The notes under the pieces were generated by a model that had not been told where the DNA came from, ran no database searches, and saw only the letters and a program-made list of their open reading frames with translations. From positions 1 to 64,000 of the forward strand of contig JBFLWF010000011.1 of NCBI GenBank assembly GCA_040758355.1: 64,000 bases of DNA, written 5' to 3'. Source of the stretch: Nitrospirota bacterium (GTDB lineage Bacteria > Nitrospirota > Thermodesulfovibrionia > Thermodesulfovibrionales > Dissulfurispiraceae). This document shows positions 53,419 to 60,573 of this stretch, one piece after another. Made by a program: the position numbers and the translations under genes. Every line of letters begins with the position of its first letter. The first letter of the stretch is position 1.

Positions 53419-54252
53419 TTAAAACCTGAAACCAGGAACCTGGATTGGAAGCCCGTTGGCCTGATATGTTAAATAGAACTCAAGGTTGCGAATGTCCTCG
53501 CTCTCGTATTCCGGCAGCTTTTCCACCCTCATGTTCCCAATACAATCTTTAATGATCCTTCTCTGAATGGTGCCCGTAGAACCCCATGCCATCCTGTAAG
53601 TTGGCCAGTGGTCTGCATGGCCTCTATTTCTCGAAAGAATATTGGCCCTTGTCTTACGGCCTGCATACTTTATATGACATTGGGCGCAATTCCAGCTCCA
53701 CTCCCCCCACTTCGTATAGTACATCTTCTTTCCGGCCTCGTAGAATGGCTTCGCAGGGCCGTCTATGTTTATCTTGATCGGCATACCGTTGGAAAGGGAC
53801 TTCACAAACAATTCAACTGCAACTATATCGGGGGTGTCATACTTCCAGGGCTTGGCACCCATCTGTCCTTCACGGCACCTGTTGATCTGTACCGGAAGGG
53901 TGAGTATGCCTTTAATGCTTGCATCGTATTTTGGATAGGTGGTTGCAGCACCTTTAAGCTTTTCCCCATTCTGTCCGTGGCAACTGGCACATGACTTCCC
54001 TTTGCTTCCATCAGCCTTCTGGAATAGGGCATTTCCATCGTCAAGCAATATCTCGGCCGGATTGCCCTCTTCTGCCATCTTCTTTGTAGCCTCACCGTAA
54101 AACTCATTGTATCTCTTCTCATACTCTTCAGGCGAGATCTCAGGAGTATATTCCACAATCTCTCCAGCAGTAGAGTCTTGCAATGTTACAACAGGTATAA
54201 CACCCACCAGAGATAACAGCAATATCAGACCACCTAAAACTCTTTTATTCAT
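53419..54252 (-). CDS. soxA: Diheme SoxA
   Basis: NPAE, GKSCASCH, YPKYD, INRCR, CAQCH, WPTYR..WG, QRR...C...R, NLEFYL...NG......PG.R. Confidence 0.93.
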   Translation of the reverse strand: MNKRVLGGLILLLSLVGVIPVVTLQDSTAGEIVEYTPEISPEEYEKRYNEFYGEATKKMAEEGNPAEILLDDGNALFQKADGSKGKSCASCHGQNGEKLKGAATTYPKYDASIKGILTLPVQINRCREGQMGAKPWKYDTPDIVAVELFVKSLSNGMPIKINIDGPAKPFYEAGKKMYYTKWGEWSWNCAQCHIKYAGRKTRANILSRNRGHADHWPTYRMAWGSTGTIQRRIIKDCIGNMRVEKLPEYESEDIRNLEFYLTYQANGLPIQVPGFRF

Positions 54253-54273
54253 TTTCCACCTCTCCTTATACCA

Positions 54274-54603
54274 TTATTGCGGATTAACCTGGACAGTATC
54301 TTCATAAGTACCACCCTTGTTGTCCTTGTATACTATCTTAAGGGGTGCGGCCTTATCAGCCTTAACATAAAAGGTTATAAATGGGTCCGCACTGACAGCC
54401 GTTGTCCACTCCATGCTGCTTATGAGATCGTTTCCATAATAAACTTTTACATCGTTAATGTAGTGAGCTGGGATCGGCTTTCCTGCCTTATCCTTCCTCA
54501 ACCCTGTTTCCATTGGGTGCATTACCAACGCCTTTACAGAGACCACTTCATCTTTTTTTATGGTCTGTGGCAACTTTATCCTTATTTTCCCGACTTCTGC
54601 CAT
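54274..54603 (-). CDS. soxZ: Sulfur carrier SoxZ
   Basis: HPMETGLRKD, IPAHYI, VSADPF, DNKG. Confidence 0.96.
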   Translation of the reverse strand: MAEVGKIRIKLPQTIKKDEVVSVKALVMHPMETGLRKDKAGKPIPAHYINDVKVYYGNDLISSMEWTTAVSADPFITFYVKADKAAPLKIVYKDNKGGTYEDTVQVNPQ

Positions 54604-54652
54604 TGTATTTTCCTCCTTTTGAAATTTAAAGTTTAGAATTCTTTAAAACAGG

Positions 54653-55147
54653 CTATCCACCGCAGCCGCCGATGGTGACCTTAACCGGCTTGGACCCCTG
54701 ATAAAGCTTACCTGTATTGGTCTCAACCACGGCACGGACATCGGAGGTCTGCCTCATCTTGATCCTCAGTGCAAGTTCTGCCTTGCCATTGGCAGGAGTA
54801 AGTTCCATACTTGCTGTAAAGGGCCTCAGGTTCCCCTCGGCAAAAACATAGATTTTCTTAACATAATTGTCAGGTGTCATTGGAAGATCCGAAGTGACCG
54901 TTATCGGGACAACAGCTCCATTCTCTGCAATTATAGGCACCTTTAGATCCACATGTCCTGTCTCTATCTTACGGTCTCCAAAGAACTTCTTCAACACATC
55001 CTTGATGTCCTCCTTTTCCTCTGCTGCCAGTGCAGGTTTAAGAAGGCCCGGCACAGTGCCTGCCATAAAAAAGGCTGCACATGCAACACCCGTTGCCTTA
55101 ATAAACTCTCTCCTCGAAAGTCCAGTACTTTCCTTTGAGTCTTTCAT
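54653..55147 (-). CDS. soxY: Sulfur carrier SoxY
   Basis: Tat SRREFIK, IAENGAVVP, RIKM, C-terminal KVTIGGCGG. Confidence 0.97.
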   Translation of the reverse strand: MKDSKESTGLSRREFIKATGVACAAFFMAGTVPGLLKPALAAEEKEDIKDVLKKFFGDRKIETGHVDLKVPIIAENGAVVPITVTSDLPMTPDNYVKKIYVFAEGNLRPFTASMELTPANGKAELALRIKMRQTSDVRAVVETNTGKLYQGSKPVKVTIGGCGG

Positions 55148-55163
55148 ACATTCCTCCTGTCTT

Positions 55164-55601
55164 TTATTTCTCTTTTAGCGTGTATAGATATTCGACGATA
55201 TCATCAATTCGCTGTTCGATCAGCTTCTTTTTCTGATCCTCGGGCAGATTCTCTTCTCCCTTGAAAATCAGGAGCTTGCTGGCCCCATAAGACGGCATAA
55301 AGGGGTCTGCTTTGGTTTTCTTCGCATCGTATATCCACTGCCTTAATTTCTCCCTATCTTTCGGTGTATCGGCATAGTCTTCCATAATTTCAGCAAAGTC
55401 CGGGGAAATGTCACTGGGAAACTCGATACCTTTAAAGTAATGACATGCCACACAGTTAGCAACCGGTCTGCCGTGAAAAAGCTTTTTACCATTCTTTGCA
55501 TCCCCTGCCCTAACAGCTATCGGGAAAGCAACAAATACAGAGAGTAACATCACGACCGCAATCATAGTGCCGAACCTTGACCACACCTTGCTTTTTTGCA
55601 T
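55164..55601 (-). CDS. soxX: SoxX-like monoheme cytochrome c
   Basis: GD..NGK.LF...ANCVACH, LRQWIYD, MP.YG, IDDIVEYL.TL; immediately upstream of soxY. Confidence 0.8.
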   Translation of the reverse strand: MQKSKVWSRFGTMIAVVMLLSVFVAFPIAVRAGDAKNGKKLFHGRPVANCVACHYFKGIEFPSDISPDFAEIMEDYADTPKDREKLRQWIYDAKKTKADPFMPSYGASKLLIFKGEENLPEDQKKKLIEQRIDDIVEYLYTLKEK

Positions 55602-55627
55602 ACAAAATCCTCCTTTTATCATTCTCA

Positions 55628-56125
55628 TCATTCAACCTTTATGTAGGCAAAGCCTTCATCCTGAAGCTCTACAACCCTTACCTGACCCGAATCCGTGAGT
55701 TTGCAGAATGGCTTGAGTTTGGTCTTGTCTATCTTCATTCTCTTCAGGGTTATATCGCACTGCTCAACTTTCACTCCGTAGCCGTCCACAAGGCTTGCAA
55801 GCATCTCATCTATTGATTTTTGCAGCTTTTCGTCTATCTGCTTTTCTGCGAAATTTGTCCCTGACTTATCCTTCAGCAGAAACTGCACGCATGCCCCGTT
55901 GGCAACTACCCTTACATCATAAGAAACATTTTTGGTTGTGTAGTAATTGACGAGATTGTAGACATTGCGCAGCATGCCGTCAAACCTCTTGGCATCTCCA
56001 AAGTCGCAGTGATAAACAGCCTTTCTCTCTTTTTCTTTGTCAGATGCTTTGCCTATGGATGGCATTAAAAGAACCGCCATGGCAAGACCTAAGATCGAGA
56101 TTTTTAGAAAACTTCCCCATTTCAT
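55628..56125 (-). CDS. Exported DsrE-like protein
   Basis: Signal peptide; KAVYH, VVANG, YGVKVEQC..T, SG...VVELQ..GFAYIK. Confidence 0.8.
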   Translation of the reverse strand: MKWGSFLKISILGLAMAVLLMPSIGKASDKEKERKAVYHCDFGDAKRFDGMLRNVYNLVNYYTTKNVSYDVRVVANGACVQFLLKDKSGTNFAEKQIDEKLQKSIDEMLASLVDGYGVKVEQCDITLKRMKIDKTKLKPFCKLTDSGQVRVVELQDEGFAYIKVE

Positions 56126-56174
56126 ATTCTCCCCCTTCCGCCCCGAAGCATTCAGGGCAACTTTTTGGAATTTA

Positions 56175-56564
56175 CTAACACCCTTTATTTCTTATCCCAT
56201 CTACATAATTACAGAGCAGGTCCTTAAAGTCCTCCTTCGTTACAGCACCCGGAACCCTTAATAACTCCTCACCATTGGCATTTAAAAATATAACTGTTGG
56301 GGTGCCTATTATCCTGTACTTTTTTGCAAGGTCTTTTTCAGGCATGCCCATTTTGCGCATCTTTCTTCCCCCATGAACATCTACCCTTATAATATCTGCA
56401 TTTCTCAGAAGGATACTTTTTATCGACGAGTCATTCATAATACTATCCATGCGCTCACACCACCTGCACCCTTCCTCATAAAAATACAACACCTTGATAT
56501 CGGATGCTGCTGCGACAGATGAAAGCAAGAAAAAAACTGAAACTATAAGTATTAGCTGTTTCAT
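56175..56564 (-). CDS. Periplasmic thioredoxin (SoxW/SoxS-like)
   Basis: Signal peptide, GCRWC, GTPT, RVPG. Confidence 0.85.
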   Translation of the reverse strand: MKQLILIVSVFFLLSSVAAASDIKVLYFYEEGCRWCERMDSIMNDSSIKSILLRNADIIRVDVHGGRKMRKMGMPEKDLAKKYRIIGTPTVIFLNANGEELLRVPGAVTKEDFKDLLCNYVDGIRNKGC

Positions 56565-56579
56565 TACACTTTATAGTTT

Positions 56580-56595
56580 AGCAAGATATGTGCCA
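56580..56595 (-). promoter_or_regulatory. Sigma54 promoter heading the sox gene run
   Basis: TGGCACATATCTTGCT, consensus match. Confidence 0.88.
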
Positions 56596-56626
56596 TTATT
56601 TTTCCTTTATATTTATCAGGATACCC

Positions 56627-56674
56627 TGTCCTTTCCGGTACAGTTCCAAACCATCCAATGTTCAATTCTGAACA
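56627..56674. promoter_or_regulatory. Pair of enhancer (UAS) sites
   Basis: TGTCC-TTTCCG-GTACA (56627) and TGTTC-AATTCT-GAACA (56659). Confidence 0.72.
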
Positions 56675-56700
56675 TAAACGGCGAAGCCGTCTTGCCTCCT

Positions 56701-56775
56701 AAAAAAATTTGCGGCCATCCATTAAAGAATGGCCGCCAGCACGGGTGTTTCTATAATAATGGAGGGTTTATGCAT
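56701..56775 (-). ncRNA. Candidate sigma54-dependent small RNA (or leaderless 17-aa peptide)
   Basis: Bounded by a sigma54 promoter and the terminator GCGGCCATTC-TTTAAT-GGATGGCCGC-AAATTTTTTT; contains ACCCTCC. Confidence 0.55.
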
Positions 56776-56785
56776 CTTAAACTTT

Positions 56786-56801
56786 AGCAAATTTTTTGCC
56801 A
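56786..56801 (-). promoter_or_regulatory. Sigma54 promoter of the small transcript
   Basis: TGGCAAAAAATTTGCT (GG-N10-GC). Confidence 0.75.
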
Positions 56802-56854
56802 GACTAATTAACCTTATAATTTCAAATAATAATATGATTTCAAGGCAGGATATC

Positions 56855-56902
56855 TGTTCAATAAAGTACAGATCAAAACCCAATTATGTCCAAAAATGAA
56901 CA
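56855..56902. promoter_or_regulatory. Pair of enhancer (UAS) sites
   Basis: TGTTC-AATAAA-GTACA (56855) and TGTCC-AAAAAT-GAACA (56887). Confidence 0.72.
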
Positions 56903-56982
56903 TATGGGCACAAACTGCGGCGGGCATGCAAGTTCTGTCTCCAGTGCTGACCCGTAAGAAAATTTTTATCCTGTCAGGCCTT

Positions 56983-58044
56983 TTAGTCTGGATTTTCGGT
57001 ACTGGATGACTCATCAAGGTCTATTATCTTTTTTCCTTTTACATAATCCTTGGTCTTGTAATCTGTTATGGTTAACATCTTCCTGATAATGTTGTTCATC
57101 CGGTCACACTGGTTGTTGATAATGCTCATCTCTTCCTCTGTTAGCGGTTCTTGATGCTCAAACTTCTCTTTAAACAGACCTATAAGGTTATGGACAATTG
57201 TCATTGGCTGTCTCATCTCATGGGCTGTTGCCCCTGCCAGCTCGATGATGGCCGCAAGCTTTTCCCTCTCTATGTCCTTTTCTATGGCGGAACTGAGTCT
57301 TTTAGATACTATAACTGTTATCGCGGCAACAAAAACAATGCTGAGCAAACCTATAGCCAATAAGGAGATAATAGTTTTACGGAGTTCTGCTGAACGTATG
57401 TAATCATACCTTTCCATAGGGATGCTTATACTGATGCCGCCCTTGATATCTCCATAACTATATCCGTGTTTTGCATGGCACTTGAGACATGGTTCCTCTA
57501 TTTTGAGAGGCGCAATGTATTTAAAGACCCTGCTGCCGTCTTGTTCCGATATTGCCGCAGTTTCCGCAATTGCACCCTTCTCAAACTCTTTAAGCGCATT
57601 CCTTTCCCATGCATCAGGAATATTATATGGATTCACGGGCTTGAGGCTTATAATACGGAATTTATAACCCTGTCGCTGCATTGTTATTTCTGATAGCTGC
57701 CTCGTCATGTATGCCGGATTAATCTTCGTATAGCGTCTGCCGTCAACCGAAACAATATCACGGCGGGGGTCTTCCAGATATGGATTTGGCGGGGTATCTG
57801 GCGAGATCTCCACATAAACACCTCCGTGCTGTGCATTCCAGAGGCGGGCAACCATTATCTGGTCAAAGAACGCCCCTGCAGTCTCTTTCAATTCATTTAT
57901 CTGTTCTTTTTTTCTTTCGCTTTGCACCCACAGTACCAATGAAAAAAAGAGGATGCTCAGTATAATCACAAAGGGGACTAAAAACGTTACAGTCAGCCTA
58001 CAAGGACTTTCCGGTTTGTTTATTTCTGAAAAGAACTTTCTCAC
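56983..58044 (-). CDS. Tll0287/DUF3365 heme c sensor with HisKA-like tail and no ATPase domain
   Basis: WNAQHGGVYV, NPAYMTRQ, CLKCH, TM, AGATAHEMRQP, ends YVKGKKIIDL. Confidence 0.8.
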   Translation of the reverse strand: MRKFFSEINKPESPCRLTVTFLVPFVIILSILFFSLVLWVQSERKKEQINELKETAGAFFDQIMVARLWNAQHGGVYVEISPDTPPNPYLEDPRRDIVSVDGRRYTKINPAYMTRQLSEITMQRQGYKFRIISLKPVNPYNIPDAWERNALKEFEKGAIAETAAISEQDGSRVFKYIAPLKIEEPCLKCHAKHGYSYGDIKGGISISIPMERYDYIRSAELRKTIISLLAIGLLSIVFVAAITVIVSKRLSSAIEKDIEREKLAAIIELAGATAHEMRQPMTIVHNLIGLFKEKFEHQEPLTEEEMSIINNQCDRMNNIIRKMLTITDYKTKDYVKGKKIIDLDESSSTENPD

Positions 58045-58150
58045 CCTTAAATTTTACATATATCGCCGCCATTCACACAAGGTAAAAAAATTGTAAATTC
58101 ATGACCTTATATATTCGAAGGATACAACTTGTCCTCCATACAAAAAAATC

Positions 58151-58197
58151 TTGACAAAAAGAAATGCCTTCCTTTACTATTGAGAATAAATCTCAAT
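58151..58197 (+). promoter_or_regulatory. Sigma70 promoter with overlapping Fur-like operator
   Basis: TTGACA-N18-TACTAT; palindrome ATTGAGA-ATAAA-TCTCAAT at 58179-58197; upstream of feo genes. Confidence 0.7.
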
Positions 58198-58211
58198 TTG
58201 GAGGAGAAAAA

Positions 58212-58667
58212 ATGAAAACAGTGTTCACATCAGTTGTTTTAGTCTCGATCCTGACATGCATCTCGCTGTCATGGTCCGAGGAGATAACGTACAGAAAGCA
58301 CATCAAACCTTTATTCGATGCCAAATGCATAGGATGCCACGGACAGGATGCTGCTCCTGAGTATTATGCATTTAAAGAAGAGAAAGACATGTGGCTTTCA
58401 AAAGGAAAGGGAATGAGGATGGATACTTACAGCCATCTCGTCTTTTACACTGCATGGCCTGATACGGGAGCATTGATGCGCAGGCTCGATGACGGCAAGG
58501 GATCAAAGGAAGGCAAGCCGGGCAATATGTATCAGCATTTAGGCTCAACAGAGGAAGAGAGGCAGCAGAACCTTAAACTCTTTAAGGATTGGGTCGGAGG
58601 CTGGACATTAAAGAGGTGGAAGGATATTACAAAAGAGGATATGGACGGGATAAAGGCAAAGTATTAA
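58212..58667 (+). CDS. Monoheme cytochrome c
   Basis: Signal peptide, CIGCH, GALMRRLDDG, GNMY. Confidence 0.8.
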   Translation: MKTVFTSVVLVSILTCISLSWSEEITYRKHIKPLFDAKCIGCHGQDAAPEYYAFKEEKDMWLSKGKGMRMDTYSHLVFYTAWPDTGALMRRLDDGKGSKEGKPGNMYQHLGSTEEERQQNLKLFKDWVGGWTLKRWKDITKEDMDGIKAKY

Positions 58668-58686
58668 AGATGACAGAAGCAACGAT

Positions 58687-58813
58687 GATAGGGCTTAGTA
58701 TTTTCGCTCATTCTCGAAAGGCATCCAAGCCTTTCTGCGAGGCTAAGCCAGCCCGCTTAGGCATCCATGTCACGCCTGGGCTGCCTAAGTCCGCTCAAAT
58801 ACCAAGCCCTATC
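58687..58813. mobile_element. ~127-bp MITE/ERIC-like element
   Basis: Terminal inverted repeats GATAGGGCTTAGTATTT / AAATACCAAGCCCTATC (16/17); internal AGGCATCCA twice in hairpins. Confidence 0.65.
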
Positions 58814-58852
58814 GGTGCAATTGATTAGAAGTTTTTATTTTTTTATCAAATA

Positions 58853-58871
58853 ATTGCGACTAAGTCTCTTT
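58853..58871 (+). promoter_or_regulatory. Second, weaker Fur-like box
   Basis: ATTGCGA-CTAAG-TCTCTTT, just before the DUF2325 RBS. Confidence 0.45.
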
Positions 58872-58885
58872 ATCTGGAGGTTTTT

Positions 58886-59170
58886 ATGTGCGTAGCGTTG
58901 ATAGGCGGGATGGACAGGCTTGAGAGGAATTACATAAGCGAAGCCGAAAGGATGGGCGTAGACCTTAAGGTTTATACCAAATCCGAAACAGGCATCGCTT
59001 CAAAGGTCAAAAACATGGACGCGGTGGTTATTTTCACGAACAAAGTATCTCATAAGGCGAAAAGAGAGGTGATGAACACGGCTAAAGCAAAGAACATTCC
59101 GGTTTTCATGTATCACTCATGCGGCATATGCACGCTGAGGGATTGCCTGAACTGCCTTAAGAAAATATAA
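58886..59170 (+). CDS. DUF2325 domain protein
   Basis: LIGGMDRL...Y, D.VVIFTNKVSH, HSCG; commonly near feo genes. Confidence 0.85.
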   Translation: MCVALIGGMDRLERNYISEAERMGVDLKVYTKSETGIASKVKNMDAVVIFTNKVSHKAKREVMNTAKAKNIPVFMYHSCGICTLRDCLNCLKKI

Positions 59171-59185
59171 AAGGAGATTGCAAGA

Positions 59186-60004
59186 ATGATTAAAATTTTT
59201 TTAAGGACGGTTCTTATATTGATCGCTTCGGTAACAACCTCCTTTGCCGCTCACCCGCTTGTTACCGATGACACGGGCACGCAGGGTAAAGGCAAGTATC
59301 AGGTAGAGGTGACCAGCGAATTCACCTACGAAAAAGAGCGGCAATACAACACGGACGAAGATAAATGGGAGACGAAAAAGGAAACCGGAGGAGAACTATC
59401 AACCGTTCTGTCTTACGGCATAACGGATAACGTGGATATTGTTTTAGGTATTCCGTATCAATGGAAAAAGACAAGGATAGACGGAGTTGTAACAGCAGAT
59501 AGAACCGAGCAGGGAGACGGCATTGCTGATATGTCCTTAGAGGTCAAATGGAGATTTTATGAAAAGGACGGGCTGAGCTTTGCGATAAAGCCTGGAATTA
59601 CACTTCCGTCAGGAGACGAAAACAAAGGGCTCGGCAACGGAAGGATGTCATACGGCCTTGTTCTCATCGCAACCAAAGAGGCAGCGCCTTTTGCGTTTCA
59701 TTTCAATCTGGGCTACACGAACAACGAATACAAGCTTCAGGCAGATAAAGACGCAAACAGAAAGGGCATATGGCATGCGTCCGTTGCTTCTGAGGTAGAG
59801 GTTATTAAAGACCTCAAGGCGGTCGCCAATATCGGGATGGAGAGGAATTCGGATAAGACATCAAATACCCATCCGGCGTTTATACTCGGCGGCCTGATTT
59901 ATTCGATAACTGAAAGCATTACGGTTGATTTCGGCGTTAAGGGCGGGCTTAACAAGCCTGAAACGGATTTAACTTTCCTTGCCGGAATCGCGTTTAAATT
60001 TTAG
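59186..60004 (+). CDS. Outer-membrane beta-barrel transporter (Phenol_MetA-like)
   Basis: Signal, AHPLVTDDTGTQG, G..D..L..KWRF, LPSGD, terminal Phe. Confidence 0.8.
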   Translation: MIKIFLRTVLILIASVTTSFAAHPLVTDDTGTQGKGKYQVEVTSEFTYEKERQYNTDEDKWETKKETGGELSTVLSYGITDNVDIVLGIPYQWKKTRIDGVVTADRTEQGDGIADMSLEVKWRFYEKDGLSFAIKPGITLPSGDENKGLGNGRMSYGLVLIATKEAAPFAFHFNLGYTNNEYKLQADKDANRKGIWHASVASEVEVIKDLKAVANIGMERNSDKTSNTHPAFILGGLIYSITESITVDFGVKGGLNKPETDLTFLAGIAFKF

Positions 60005-60015
60005 GAGGTGGCATT

Positions 60016-60264
60016 ATGGCTCCGCTGGGGCTTTTATCGAAAGGCGAGAAGGCAGAGATTATGGAAATAAAGACGCAAAAGGTTTGCGGTCACGGAAGCG
60101 GCAAGAATCAATTATGCCACGCTGAGGATATGGGCCTGCGTATAGGCAAGACTGTCGAGATGCTGAACAATGCGGGGCGAGGCTCTATTCTCGTCAAAGT
60201 TGACGAATCGCGTATCGCCATAGGCCGCGGCATGGCGATGAAGATAATGGTGAAAAAAATATAG
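60016..60264 (+). CDS. feoA: Ferrous iron transport protein A
   Basis: DMGLRIG, SRIAIGRGMAMKI. Confidence 0.88.
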   Translation: MAPLGLLSKGEKAEIMEIKTQKVCGHGSGKNQLCHAEDMGLRIGKTVEMLNNAGRGSILVKVDESRIAIGRGMAMKIMVKKI

Positions 60265-60345
60265 CTTTAATAGAAAGACAAAGCAGCTCCGCTCGAACAC
60301 CTTGTCTTTCTATACGACTGTTAAATTTATTTAAAGGGAGGCAAT

Positions 60346-60573
60346 ATGAATTTGGCGATGCTTAAACCCGGAGAGACCGGAAAAATTACCGCTATAGGCG
60401 TAATCGGCCCGTTGAAGAGGAGGCTCATGGATATGGGCGTTCTCGTAGGCGAAAAGGTGAAGGTCGAAAAAGTAGCGCCCCTGGGCGATCCGCTTGAGGT
60501 GACAATTAAAAACTATAACCTTTCTCTGAGAAAAAAAGAGGCGGAGGGAATAGAAGTGGAGGTGGTGAGATGA
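60346..60573 (+). CDS. feoA: Ferrous iron transport protein A
   Basis: RRLMDMG, APLGDP, LSLRKKEA. Confidence 0.93.
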   Translation: MNLAMLKPGETGKITAIGVIGPLKRRLMDMGVLVGEKVKVEKVAPLGDPLEVTIKNYNLSLRKKEAEGIEVEVVR

